Of a stretch of 32,000 nt of DNA, positions 23,899 through 32,000 are shown piece after piece. The notes beneath the pieces were generated by a model, which saw nothing but the letters and a program-made list of their open reading frames with translations, was not told where the DNA came from and did no database searches. This DNA is from Candidatus Saccharimonadota bacterium (GTDB lineage: Bacteria > Patescibacteriota > Microgenomatia > UBA1406 > GWC2-37-13): contig CP065004.1 in the NCBI GenBank assembly GCA_016700135.1, positions 1,170,001 through 1,202,000 on the forward strand, written 5' to 3'. Each line of letters begins with the position of its first letter. Position 1 is the first letter of the stretch. Made by a program: the position numbers and the translations under genes.

Positions 23899-25377
23899 CT
23901 ATTCCAGTGCATAACGGTCAAGGACCTGTTTGATCCCCTGGTCAGCCGTACCCAGCGCGGCACCGTAATCTACACCTTCCTCCGCGGAATTTATGGCATT
24001 TTTGATGTACTGTAAGATTTCGTCATTCATCCCTCCGTCACGGGTGAGGTCCACAAGCGGAAGTCCGACATATACATCATCCTGAGCCTGCTTGATAACG
24101 GGAGACAGATACTGATTATCGCTCAGTAATTCAGCCATATCCTGACGCGGATACGGATTTCCGAACAGTCTTACCTGTGTCTGAGTTTCATACATTTTAG
24201 TCAGCTGTTCTCTTTCCGAAAGAAATTTCAAAAACTTCCAGGCTTCTGTCTGATTCTGACTTAAGCGGTTGACACCCTCGACCCAATAATTTGCAACCGA
24301 TACGGCACTGTCATCCAGTCCCTTCGGTATCGGCGCAACCTTTACCTGCAGATCGGGGTTCTGCGCCTTGATGTTTATGACATGCCATGAAGGACCGATA
24401 ATCATTGCCGCTTTACCTTGAGTGAATGCCGAAACGGCATTCGGCATTGACGTATTCCAGTAACCGTCCTCAGCAAATTTCCGATACAGAAGCAATGCTT
24501 CCGAAGCTTCATTCGTTGTCAGATCTTTCAGATCACCGCCGTTCAAAAGAAGCAGTATGCCGAAAATTTCTCCGTAATGAGGAATATTATTCGCTGTTCC
24601 GATTGCAATTCCTGAAGTGACAATTTGACCGCTCGGTTCTTTCACCGTAAGCTTGTTGACCGTGTTCAGGACATCGTTTTCTCCTCCTACCCAAACCGGA
24701 GGAGGTGTGTTGATACCTGCCTGTTTAAGCAGTGTTTCATTGTAAATGAGTACCGAACCGTCCACCATAAGCGGGATACCGTAATATTTTTCTGCGATTT
24801 TCAAATCCTTTTGATGAATGGGGTAGAAAGTCTGTTCAAACTCCTGATTCGACATGATGTCTTCAGGCAGCGGAGAAATAACTTCCTGTATTTCGGGAAG
24901 CCAGGTATTATGAAAACGGAAAATATCCGGGCCGTTTCCGGCTTCACTTCTGGCAATAAGCCGCTCGCGATATTCTTCCGGTTCCATCCGTTCATAATTG
25001 ATCGTGACATTCGGATGCTCTTTTTGATATGCCTCAATAAGAGGCTGATATACGGCAGGTTCATCCCACAGACCCCAATATGTGAGAGTAACTTCTTCCC
25101 TGCTCGGAGTAGGAGTATTGTCAGGAGGGAAAAGCCGGTCTTTCAGAAAAAACCAGAAAATAAGACCGAACACCACAAGAAAAAAGAATATAATTCCCAG
25201 GATAATCGGAAGCTTATTTGAATTTTCTTCATAAACAGGTACATCTGTCGGAAATTCAGGCGGGATACTGCCGGCAATCTCTTCCGGATGTTCGATGTCC
25301 GGAGCGACTTCCTCTGGCTGAAGAGGCTGAGGCGCGGCATCAGAGGTATCAGGTATGTTCTTCTCAGGGTCATCCAT
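23899..25377 (-). CDS. Extracellular solute-binding protein (ABC transporter family 1, sugar type), TM-anchored
   Basis: 492 aa. An acidic/Pro-rich N-terminal tail, a TM helix (LPIILGIIFFFLVVFGLIFWFFL), then VTLTYWGLWDEP...YQKEHPNVTINYE, typical of SBP_bac_1. No permease or ATPase genes are adjacent. Confidence 0.8.
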   Translation of the reverse strand: MDDPEKNIPDTSDAAPQPLQPEEVAPDIEHPEEIAGSIPPEFPTDVPVYEENSNKLPIILGIIFFFLVVFGLIFWFFLKDRLFPPDNTPTPSREEVTLTYWGLWDEPAVYQPLIEAYQKEHPNVTINYERMEPEEYRERLIARSEAGNGPDIFRFHNTWLPEIQEVISPLPEDIMSNQEFEQTFYPIHQKDLKIAEKYYGIPLMVDGSVLIYNETLLKQAGINTPPPVWVGGENDVLNTVNKLTVKEPSGQIVTSGIAIGTANNIPHYGEIFGILLLLNGGDLKDLTTNEASEALLLYRKFAEDGYWNTSMPNAVSAFTQGKAAMIIGPSWHVINIKAQNPDLQVKVAPIPKGLDDSAVSVANYWVEGVNRLSQNQTEAWKFLKFLSEREQLTKMYETQTQVRLFGNPYPRQDMAELLSDNQYLSPVIKQAQDDVYVGLPLVDLTRDGGMNDEILQYIKNAINSAEEGVDYGAALGTADQGIKQVLDRYALE

Positions 25378-25383
25378 GCTTTA

Positions 25384-25391
25384 ATCATACA
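25384..25391 (-). promoter_or_regulatory. -10-like TGTATGAT 6 nt upstream of the SBP ATG
   Basis: The minus strand reads TG-TATGAT-TAAAGC-ATG(25377). Confidence 0.4.
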
Positions 25392-25432
25392 GAAGATTTC
25401 AGAATTCGACTAGTGGGTTTCTTTCTATTATG

Positions 25433-25438
25433 TATAAT
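25433..25438 (+). promoter_or_regulatory. -10 box TATAAT (preceded by TG) 8 nt upstream of the VanW-family ATG
   Basis: TGTATAAT-AAAAGTCT-ATG(25447). No SD is present. Confidence 0.4.
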
Positions 25439-25446
25439 AAAAGTCT

Positions 25447-26853
25447 ATGCTTTCCGAAATGACGTCAAAACAGAAAATTCTGGCCGGTATTGCAGGCCTA
25501 TTTCTTATACTGGCGATCCTAATCGGAGCATCGTGGACCTATGTCCGATTAACAGTGAAAGACACTATCTATCCCCGTACCTATATTGACGGAATCGATA
25601 TGGGTTATAAAACAAAGGAAGAAGCCCTGAACCTTTTGTCTAAAAGGGATGAGTATTACAATGATGCCCTGATTGAGGTGATGTACAAAGATGCGAAAAT
25701 TGCATCATTTTCAGGACAGGAGCTAAAACTGGAGCGTGATATTGACACAAAAGTAGATCAGGCATACCTTATCGGACGGACCGATCATCTTCCGTCACGT
25801 ATCGCGCAGCAGCTGAATACGCTTTTGAAGATCCGTACGTTTTCATTTGATACCGAGGTACGCTATAATAACGGAGTCATTGACCAGTTTGTCAAACAGT
25901 CGGAAGATGTATACAACCGTGAGCCGAAGAATGCATTGTTCACTTTCGAAAACGGGAAAGTAACTTCGTTTAAGGCAGATGAACCCGGCATGAAGCTCAA
26001 GTCCGAAGAATTTCTTATGAATTTGAAAAAGGAAATTCAGTCAATTTCCGATAAAAAGAAGAATATTGTAATCTCGTTCAAGGAAGAAGAAATAAAGCCG
26101 GAAATCACCCTTGCGGAAGCGAATGACTTCGGTATCGAGGAACTGATCGGCGAAGGAAAATCCGATTATACGCACTCCATTCCTTCACGCGTCCACAATC
26201 TGATCTTGGCGGCTTCAAAATTCGACGGAGTGATCATTCCGAAGGGTGAGACATTTTCATTCAATACCCTTGTCGGCGATATTTCATCAAGTACCGGTTA
26301 TCAGCCGGCATATGTCATCAAGAACGGAAGAACGGTACTCGGTGACGGAGGCGGTGTATGCCAGGTCTCAACAACCATGTTCCGGGCAGCTCTCAATACG
26401 GGATTGCCTATCTCAGAAAGACACGCACATGCATACCGTGTATCATACTATGAAAATGACTCGGAACCGGGTTTTGATGCTACTATTTATTCCCCGACAG
26501 TAGATCTGAAATTTAAGAATGATACTCCGGGAGCAATCCTTATTCAGATGGAAGTAGATAAAGATCAGAAACTGCTTACATTCAGATTTTACGGGAAAAA
26601 AGACAACAGAAAGGTTGAGATTTCACCGGCTACAGTCTGGGATGTAGCCCCTCCACCCGAACCGCTGTATGAAGATGATCCGACTCTTCCGAACGGTACC
26701 ATCAAACAGGTAGACTACCCGGCGTGGGGTGCAAAAGCAAAGTTCGAATACAAAGTGTTTGATAAGAACGGAGAGGTCATGCAGAACGAAACATTTTATT
26801 CTTCATATCGTCCGTGGCAGGCAGTGTACTTACGCGGAACGGCCGGAACTTAA
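25447..26853 (+). CDS. VanW-family protein (TM-anchored)
   Basis: 468 aa with an N-terminal TM helix. The VanW core is GETFSFN...GGGVCQVSTTMFRAALNTGLPISERHAHAYRVSYY. Confidence 0.9.
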   Translation: MLSEMTSKQKILAGIAGLFLILAILIGASWTYVRLTVKDTIYPRTYIDGIDMGYKTKEEALNLLSKRDEYYNDALIEVMYKDAKIASFSGQELKLERDIDTKVDQAYLIGRTDHLPSRIAQQLNTLLKIRTFSFDTEVRYNNGVIDQFVKQSEDVYNREPKNALFTFENGKVTSFKADEPGMKLKSEEFLMNLKKEIQSISDKKKNIVISFKEEEIKPEITLAEANDFGIEELIGEGKSDYTHSIPSRVHNLILAASKFDGVIIPKGETFSFNTLVGDISSSTGYQPAYVIKNGRTVLGDGGGVCQVSTTMFRAALNTGLPISERHAHAYRVSYYENDSEPGFDATIYSPTVDLKFKNDTPGAILIQMEVDKDQKLLTFRFYGKKDNRKVEISPATVWDVAPPPEPLYEDDPTLPNGTIKQVDYPAWGAKAKFEYKVFDKNGEVMQNETFYSSYRPWQAVYLRGTAGT

Positions 26854-27488
26854 GAGATTTTCCGGAAAAGATCAAGTAGGCCCAATCTTCGCAGTCTATA
26901 TGCATGTTTTCTCTGCTTTCGTTGACCGATCACTTTTGCGGGAACACCGCCAACTATAGCATTTTCCGGTACATCCTTCGTCACGACGGCTCCTGCAGCA
27001 ATCACCGCTCCGTTACCCACTGTCACGCCGGGAAGAATGATTGCTCTGGGTCCGATGAACACGTAGTCTCCAACAGTAACAGGTGCGGATACTGCTGCAA
27101 AGGTCGGGTCATGGACGTCATGTTCGGAGTTGTATATCATGACTTCACTCGCGATATCGACATGACTTCCGATTTTCAGCTTATCCCGTCCGTCAAGTGT
27201 AATCCTTTCGCCGATGACACAATCGTCACCGATTTCAATGTTGTCAGGATCGTAAAACCTGGCACCCATGTTTATCACTGTATTTGAACCGATTTTAACG
27301 CCGGAAATGCGGTACAGAAGTACGCGAAAAAAACTCACGGGAACCCAGCCCAAAAGTAAAAGAATATATGTTTCGGTTTCAAGAAGCGTTTGGGAAATTC
27401 TGCCTCCGATCTTGTCAATCACCTGGCCGCCGCTGAGTTTTTTCCCGTCCTTATCGCGTATAGTCGATAGCATAGATATATTATACAC
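26850..27488 (-). CDS. Hexapeptide-repeat (LbH) O-acetyltransferase, WcaF/Maa-like
   Basis: Repeated [LIV]G.... hexapeptides: IGDDCVIGERITL, IGSHVDIASEVMI, VGDYVFIGPRAIILPGVTVGNGAVIAAGAVVTKDVPENAIVGGVPAK. The track start is GTG 27488. ATG 27473 is preceded by TATAAT plus 6 nt and is the more likely start. Confidence 0.85.
   Translation of the reverse strand: MYNISMLSTIRDKDGKKLSGGQVIDKIGGRISQTLLETETYILLLLGWVPVSFFRVLLYRISGVKIGSNTVINMGARFYDPDNIEIGDDCVIGERITLDGRDKLKIGSHVDIASEVMIYNSEHDVHDPTFAAVSAPVTVGDYVFIGPRAIILPGVTVGNGAVIAAGAVVTKDVPENAIVGGVPAKVIGQRKQRKHAYRLRRLGLLDLFRKIS
27480..27487 (-). promoter_or_regulatory. -10 box TG-TATAAT 6 nt upstream of ATG 27473
   Basis: The minus strand reads TGTATAAT-ATATCT-ATG. 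Confidence 0.45.
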
Positions 27489-27493
27489 GCAGC

Positions 27494-27502
27494 TGATAGA
27501 AT
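27494..27502 (+). promoter_or_regulatory. Extended -10 TGaTAGAAT upstream of rnhB
   Basis: TGATAGAAT lies 8 nt before TTG 27511 and 11 nt before ATG 27514. Confidence 0.4.
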
Positions 27503-27510
27503 TATGAATA

Positions 27511-28194
27511 TTGATGAAAAAACATACAATAATCCCTGATTTCGAGCTGGAAAAGCCGATTTGGAAAAAGGGTCATACGGTGATCGGCATTGATGAAGTC
27601 GGAAGGGGCTGTCTTGCAGGACCGATAGTGCTCGGGGCTGCCTGTTTCCGACCGCTTTCCGCAGAAATACAGTCCCGCATAATGGCCCTGGGAGTCCGCG
27701 ATTCAAAGCAGCTTTCTGAAAGACAAAGAACAAAAACTGCAGAAGCACTTCAGTCGTTTCCCATCACCACTCATACTGTCTCCATCAGTGTTCCGACCAT
27801 AAACAGTGTGGGTATTATGAACGCCTGGCGGTCTGGGATTGTGAAACTATTTGATCTTTGTCGTTTGGACTTTCCGGATGATCCGTTTACACTTCTGGTT
27901 GACGGACCAGATGTCAAAGCGATACCATATAAAGAGGATGTTACGAGTATCCCCGTAATTAAAGGCGACTCGAAGAGTGTAGCGATAGCTTCAGCCTCGA
28001 TTATCGCCAAAGTTACCCGTGATATGTTTATGAGCGCACTGTCCCGACGGTTTCCTGCTTATGAATGGCACCGTAACAAAGGATACGGGACAAAGGATCA
28101 CCGTACGGCAATCACGGATCACGGTATAACGCCCTGGCACCGGCTGCTGTTTGTCCGATCAGTCCTCGGACAGAATATGGCAAATAAGGTATAA
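27511..28194 (+). CDS. rnhB: Ribonuclease HII
   Basis: GIDEVGRGCLAGPIV (DEVGRG catalytic motif), DSKQLS, GDSKSVAIASASIIAKV, GYGT..H. The true start is probably ATG 27514. Confidence 0.93.
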   Translation: MMKKHTIIPDFELEKPIWKKGHTVIGIDEVGRGCLAGPIVLGAACFRPLSAEIQSRIMALGVRDSKQLSERQRTKTAEALQSFPITTHTVSISVPTINSVGIMNAWRSGIVKLFDLCRLDFPDDPFTLLVDGPDVKAIPYKEDVTSIPVIKGDSKSVAIASASIIAKVTRDMFMSALSRRFPAYEWHRNKGYGTKDHRTAITDHGITPWHRLLFVRSVLGQNMANKV

Positions 28195-28211
28195 TACGCA
28201 AACTCATTTTT

Positions 28212-29450
28212 ATGTCAGCATCACGACTCAAACGAATAGAAAAACGAAACAATGTTCTGAAGCTCTCCCTGATATCGCTGGGGCTGGTGTTTCTTGTGTC
28301 CGTGGGACTGATCATTACGAGACTTTTGGGATTTTACAACGCTATTCATACGGAAGCACAGGAAAGTCCTGATAACGTACAAAAAGAAGAAAAAACCGAG
28401 TACACCTTTCTCCTTCTCGGATACGGCGGAGGATCGCATGAAGGGACATATCTGACTGATTCGATCATGGTAGCCAACGTGGATATCAAAAACAAACGGG
28501 CAATCCTGGTATCGCTTCCGCGGGATATCTGGGTACGGGTACCGACGAAAAACGGAGAAGAATTCCACAGCAAAATCAATGCTCTCTACCAGATGGGTAT
28601 TAACCCGAAAAATTACCCCGCGGTTGATACCAAATCTCTTACTGAAGATAATCCGTCAGGTCTTCTCAAACAGGCTGCCGAAGATATCACCGGATTGAAC
28701 ATTGATGCCTTTGCTGCAGTGGACTTTGAGGGTTTTGTCAAAACTATCGATACGTTGGGAGGCATTGATGTCAATGTCAAAAAGACATTTACTGATTATG
28801 AATACCCGATCGAAGAAAAAATGAATGATCTCTGCGGACGGGATGAGGAATTCAAGCAGATTGAACCGATTATCAATAAGCAAATGACTGAAGAGGATCA
28901 AAAAAAGCTTTTTGAAGAAAAGCCCGAACTGGAACAATTTTACAAAGACATAAAAGATCATCCCCGCACGGCATTTCCCTGCCGGTATGAAGTCCTGCAC
29001 TTCGACGCAGGAGAAACACATATGGACGGAATCACCGCTCTCAAGTATGCCCGTTCCCGTCATGCCCTTGAAGACGGGGGAGATTTCAACCGGGCACAGA
29101 GACAGCAGAACGTCATAGAAGCGGCAAAACAGAAAATTTTGGGAATAGGCTTCATTCCGAAGATTATTCCTCTTCTCAATGAACTAGAACAGCACGTAAA
29201 AACGGATTTACCGCTTTCAGAAATGAATAAGCTTTTGCTTGAAGGCAGAAACGCGAATAACTACAAGGTAGAAACACTGGTTTTATCTGACAAATTTCTG
29301 ACTGATGACTACTCCGATTACGGCGGATACATTCTGGTCCCGAAGGTAGGGAAAGACGACTGGAGTGCAATACGCAAAGAGATTCAAAACATGAAACTCG
29401 GCATCACTCCCTCCCCTACTCCCCAACCGTCAATTACTCCTGAGAAGTAA
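28212..29450 (+). CDS. LytR-CpsA-Psr (LCP) family cell-wall glycopolymer transferase
   Basis: 412 aa with an N-terminal TM helix. FLLLGYGGGSHEGTYLTDSIMVANVD...ILVSLPRDIWV, LKYARSRH...GDFNRAQRQQNVI. Confidence 0.9.
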   Translation: MSASRLKRIEKRNNVLKLSLISLGLVFLVSVGLIITRLLGFYNAIHTEAQESPDNVQKEEKTEYTFLLLGYGGGSHEGTYLTDSIMVANVDIKNKRAILVSLPRDIWVRVPTKNGEEFHSKINALYQMGINPKNYPAVDTKSLTEDNPSGLLKQAAEDITGLNIDAFAAVDFEGFVKTIDTLGGIDVNVKKTFTDYEYPIEEKMNDLCGRDEEFKQIEPIINKQMTEEDQKKLFEEKPELEQFYKDIKDHPRTAFPCRYEVLHFDAGETHMDGITALKYARSRHALEDGGDFNRAQRQQNVIEAAKQKILGIGFIPKIIPLLNELEQHVKTDLPLSEMNKLLLEGRNANNYKVETLVLSDKFLTDDYSDYGGYILVPKVGKDDWSAIRKEIQNMKLGITPSPTPQPSITPEK

Positions 29451-29496
29451 CAAAATTCTATAAGCATCTTCACTTTATACTTGACGTAAGATACTT

Positions 29497-29502
29497 TATA
29501 CT
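29497..29502 (+). promoter_or_regulatory. -10-like TATACT 8 nt upstream of ATG 29511
   Basis: TATACT-ACTTGCAT-ATG. No SD is present. Confidence 0.4.
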
Positions 29503-29504
29503 AC

Positions 29505-30017
29505 TTGCATATGATTGTAAAAAATAGAGACCAACGGGTAGCAGTACTTGTCGATGTACAAAACCTGTACTACTCGGGAAAAAACCTTTATAGTTCACGC
29601 GTAAATTACAAAAATCTTCTGACCCAGGTCGTACAGCGCAGAATTCTTACCCGGGCTATCGCATATGTCATCAATGCTGACGATACCAAAGAAAACGTCT
29701 TTTTTAATGCCCTGCATGAAGCCGGCTTTGAGGTAAAAGAAAAACCACTGCAGACATTTTACGGCGGTGCGAAGAAAGGAGATTGGGACTTAGGAATCGC
29801 TATGGATGCCATCAGACTGGGTAATAAAGTCGATTCAATCATTCTGGTCACGGGCGACGGAGACTTCAAACCCGTTGTTAACTATCTCCAGCAGGCATTG
29901 GGATGTCTTGTTGAAATTGCGGCGTTCAAGCGTACGGCAAACAAGGAACTTGTGGAGCTTGCAGATGATTTCACGAATATAGAAGAACATCAGAAGAGAC
30001 TCCTTTTTCGGATTTGA
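29505..30017 (+). CDS. NYN-domain (LabA/DUF88-like) predicted RNase
   Basis: VAVLVDVQNLYYS at the N-terminus and ILVTGDGDFKPVV. The track start is TTG 29505, and ATG 29511 is the likely start. Confidence 0.85.
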   Translation: MHMIVKNRDQRVAVLVDVQNLYYSGKNLYSSRVNYKNLLTQVVQRRILTRAIAYVINADDTKENVFFNALHEAGFEVKEKPLQTFYGGAKKGDWDLGIAMDAIRLGNKVDSIILVTGDGDFKPVVNYLQQALGCLVEIAAFKRTANKELVELADDFTNIEEHQKRLLFRI

Positions 30018-30063
30018 TCCACGCGATAGGATCAGCTGCGCAATTTCCTCAAACGGTCAGGAG

Positions 30064-30822
30064 CTATTCGTCTTCGATCACCGTTTCGAATACTTTCACC
30101 GGCTTTACCGGCTTGGATTCTTCTCCGCTTGCACTCATGGTGACGGGAGCTTCGGCAATTTTGTCAACGACATCAAGTCCTTCTTTTACGAATCCGAAGA
30201 TGACATAATTTTTCGGGAGAGGAGTATCCTCATGCATGATAAAGAACTGACTTCCGTTGGTATTCGGACCTGAGTTGGCCATAGCGACCGTTCCCCGGAC
30301 ATATTCGCCTTCGAACGGTTCATCGTCAAATTTATACCCGGGTCCGCCCGTACCATCGCCTTTGGGATCACCGCCCTGGATCATGAATCCTTTGATCACA
30401 CGATGAAACACCGTGTTGTCGTAGAAACCTTTTTGTGCAAGTGAAATAAAATTGTTTACGGTTTTCGGGACTTCCTTGGTTTTCATCTCAATCACAATCG
30501 GGCCTTCACTGGTATTCAGAGTGACTGTGTATGTTGAGTCTGTATCAATTATCATATCTGGAGGTTGTGTATCCTCACCCAACGCTTTCGGCTGTGATTC
30601 CTGCCGAGGCTGCTGTTGCTGAGGATCGGAACTAATAATATCGGACATATTGTCCGGAAGCTGCGAATCTCCTTCACTTCCTACCAAACTCAGTTTTTCA
30701 ACTTCGTCCGGCTCCTTTGTCTCAGTATTTGAAGAAATTCTTTTTTGGAACAAAACACCAAGTCCTACCAAAATAATCAAAAAAAGCGTGCAGAATAGAA
30801 TGACAAAAACTTTAGTGTTCAT
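30064..30822 (-). CDS. Cyclophilin-type peptidyl-prolyl cis-trans isomerase, TM-anchored with a Gln/Pro-rich linker
   Basis: N-terminal TM helix, then FHRVIKGFMIQGGDPKGDGTGGPGY, MANSGPNTNGSQFFI. Confidence 0.93.
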   Translation of the reverse strand: MNTKVFVILFCTLFLIILVGLGVLFQKRISSNTETKEPDEVEKLSLVGSEGDSQLPDNMSDIISSDPQQQQPRQESQPKALGEDTQPPDMIIDTDSTYTVTLNTSEGPIVIEMKTKEVPKTVNNFISLAQKGFYDNTVFHRVIKGFMIQGGDPKGDGTGGPGYKFDDEPFEGEYVRGTVAMANSGPNTNGSQFFIMHEDTPLPKNYVIFGFVKEGLDVVDKIAEAPVTMSASGEESKPVKPVKVFETVIEDE

Positions 30823-30830
30823 ACCCTACT

Positions 30831-30839
30831 ATATTACCA
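30831..30839 (-). promoter_or_regulatory. Extended -10 TGgTAATAT 8 nt upstream of the cyclophilin ATG
   Basis: The minus strand reads TGGTAATAT-AGTAGGGT-ATG(30822). No SD is present. Confidence 0.5.
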
Positions 30840-30872
30840 CATGAGCGAAGAATGAAAAGAAGAATATTTACA

Positions 30873-31514
30873 TCATGTACCGAACTGTCTGTCACCGGCA
30901 TCACCGAGACCGGGAAAAATATATCCTGCGGGAAACTTGTCAGCATCAGTCGTCAACCGTTCATCGATATGAGCAATATGAATCGGGACTTCAGGGTGAT
31001 TCTTGTGAACTTCTGCAATCCCTTCTGGAGCCGCGATCAGACCGATAAAAACAATTCGTTTTGCACCCCACTTTTTGAGAATATCAATCGTAGCAGATGC
31101 CGACCCGCCTGTCGCGAGCATCGGATCAAGTACAAACACAATTTCAACAGTCGGCGAAACGGGCAGTTTGTTGTAGTACTCGACGGGTTTGAGTGTCTTC
31201 TCATCCCGATACAAACCGATGTGCCAGACTTCAGACTGCGGTAACAATTTCCAGATACCGTCGACCATCCCGAGACCCGCACGCAGGATCGGGACAAGTC
31301 CGATTTTTTCTTGAATGAACATACCTTTTGTCACGGTAAGAGGGGTTTCAATTTCTTTTTCTACAGTCCGCAGATTCATCGTAGCTTCGTACACAAGAAG
31401 TGCCGCAATCTCTCCGACCAGTTCCCGGAAAAGTTTCGGATCTGTTTTTACATCACGAAGCAGCGACAGTTTGTGCTGTACCAGCGGATGCTTTGAGGGA
31501 AATACCTGTTCCAT
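30873..31514 (-). CDS. upp: Uracil phosphoribosyltransferase
   Basis: [36 protein letters not shown] (PRPP loop), [12 protein letters not shown]. Confidence 0.95.
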   Translation of the reverse strand: MEQVFPSKHPLVQHKLSLLRDVKTDPKLFRELVGEIAALLVYEATMNLRTVEKEIETPLTVTKGMFIQEKIGLVPILRAGLGMVDGIWKLLPQSEVWHIGLYRDEKTLKPVEYYNKLPVSPTVEIVFVLDPMLATGGSASATIDILKKWGAKRIVFIGLIAAPEGIAEVHKNHPEVPIHIAHIDERLTTDADKFPAGYIFPGLGDAGDRQFGT

Positions 31515-31988
31515 TTAGTTTAAAAGAAATAGTGAAATGGTAAGAACGGTCGCAAAAGATACCCAGCACAGATACGGTATCAGCAAAAGATACGAAGCGT
31601 ATGACACCGATTTGGCATTTTTCATTGTCAGAATTATGAAAATCAATAGCGGAATAATGACAACAATTCCTCCGAGCGTTGTGCGCAGTCCGAAAAATAC
31701 AAGCGACCAGAGAGTATTCAGGACAAGTTGGATCCAATAATACAGTACCGCACGTCTTTTATGAATCGTACGTTTACTGCTGTTCCAGATCAGATAGAAA
31801 GCGATACCCATCATCAAATAAAGGATTGTCCAGACGGGACCGAACACCCAATTGGGAGGATTGAAAACGGGCTTTTCCAGTCCTGCATACCATGTGGGAA
31901 TCGAAGATGCCGTGGCTATAGAACCGATGGCTCCGGATGCAAACGGTGCAAGAAGTGATATCGAAAGTTTCCGCACATCAAGTGTCAT
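31515..31988 (-). CDS. tspO: TspO/MBR-family tryptophan-rich membrane protein
   Basis: 157 aa with 5 TM helices. WYAGLEKPVFNPPNWVFGPVWTILYLMMGIAFYL and LVLNTLWSLVFF. Its stop abuts the upp ATG with zero spacing. TATCAT lies 6 nt upstream of its ATG at the window edge. Confidence 0.88.
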   Translation of the reverse strand: MTLDVRKLSISLLAPFASGAIGSIATASSIPTWYAGLEKPVFNPPNWVFGPVWTILYLMMGIAFYLIWNSSKRTIHKRRAVLYYWIQLVLNTLWSLVFFGLRTTLGGIVVIIPLLIFIILTMKNAKSVSYASYLLLIPYLCWVSFATVLTISLFLLN

Positions 31989-32000
31989 ATATTCATGATA

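Noticed and set aside
29481-29486. TTGACG as a -35 box for the NYN-domain gene promoter.
   Set aside because: Spacing to the TATACT -10 box (29497-29502) is only 10 nt, incompatible with a sigma70-type 16-18 nt spacer. The -10 box alone is reported.
30016-30033. GATCC-N8-GGATC hairpin between the convergent NYN and cyclophilin genes as a bidirectional terminator.
   Set aside because: The stem is only 5 bp, it overlaps the NYN stop codon, and no T-tract lies on either side. It is too weak to call.
1-32000. I looked for CRISPR arrays, IS elements or transposases, integrases, prophage genes, toxin-antitoxin pairs, known defence systems, rRNA, and stop-codon reassignment (such as UGA=Gly in some small-genome lineages).
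   Set aside because: I saw no spaced direct repeats and no DDE, tyrosine or serine recombinase motifs. ORFs are long and uninterrupted under the standard code, with TGA, TAA and TAG all used as stops at sensible gene ends. The standalone NYN-domain gene has no partner gene that would suggest a defence or TA module.

Overview
Gene-dense (roughly 95% coding), AT-leaning (about 40% GC by eye) bacterial chromosome segment that reads cleanly with the standard genetic code. All product calls come from motif recognition by eye; no database search was possible. I support 30 protein-coding genes (one truncated at the left edge) and three tRNA genes.

Main content:
- A division/cell-wall (dcw) block on the minus strand: class A PBP, then a PP-loop MurL-like gene, murD, ftsW, murG, ftsQ, ftsA, ftsZ.
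- Housekeeping genes: ileS, rodA, rplU-rpmA, lepB, rnhB, upp, tspO.
- Many envelope genes: sortase, LCP, VanW, GT2, an O-antigen-ligase-like gene, a hexapeptide acetyltransferase, and a TM-anchored solute-binding protein and cyclophilin.

Sortase, LCP and TM-anchored exoproteins without outer-membrane genes suggest a monoderm. The compact, overlapping gene layout is reminiscent of small-genome (CPR/Patescibacteria-like) lineages. Both points are inference only. I found no CRISPR array, transposase, integrase, or recognisable defence or toxin system, so this is largely a core region.

Most interesting signals:
1. A complete tRNA-Val(CAC) gene sits exactly at position 37/38 of the anticodon loop of a second, otherwise intact tRNA-Val(CAC) gene, on a 10-bp RNA-only stalk.
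2. Both tRNA loci are followed within 1-4 nt by ATG-initiated ORFs, a tRNA-punctuation-like layout.
3. Operon-first genes carry -10 or extended -10 boxes 6-8 nt upstream of the ATG with no Shine-Dalgarno motif, which predicts pervasive leaderless expression.
4. A PP-loop gene is translationally coupled to murD, a candidate MurD2/MurL L-Glu-then-epimerise pathway.
5. A GC-rich, self-contained cassette (own promoter, SD and terminator) encoding a Trp-rich secreted protein lies between ftsZ and ileS.
6. A G9 homopolymer lies inside the O-antigen-ligase-like gene.
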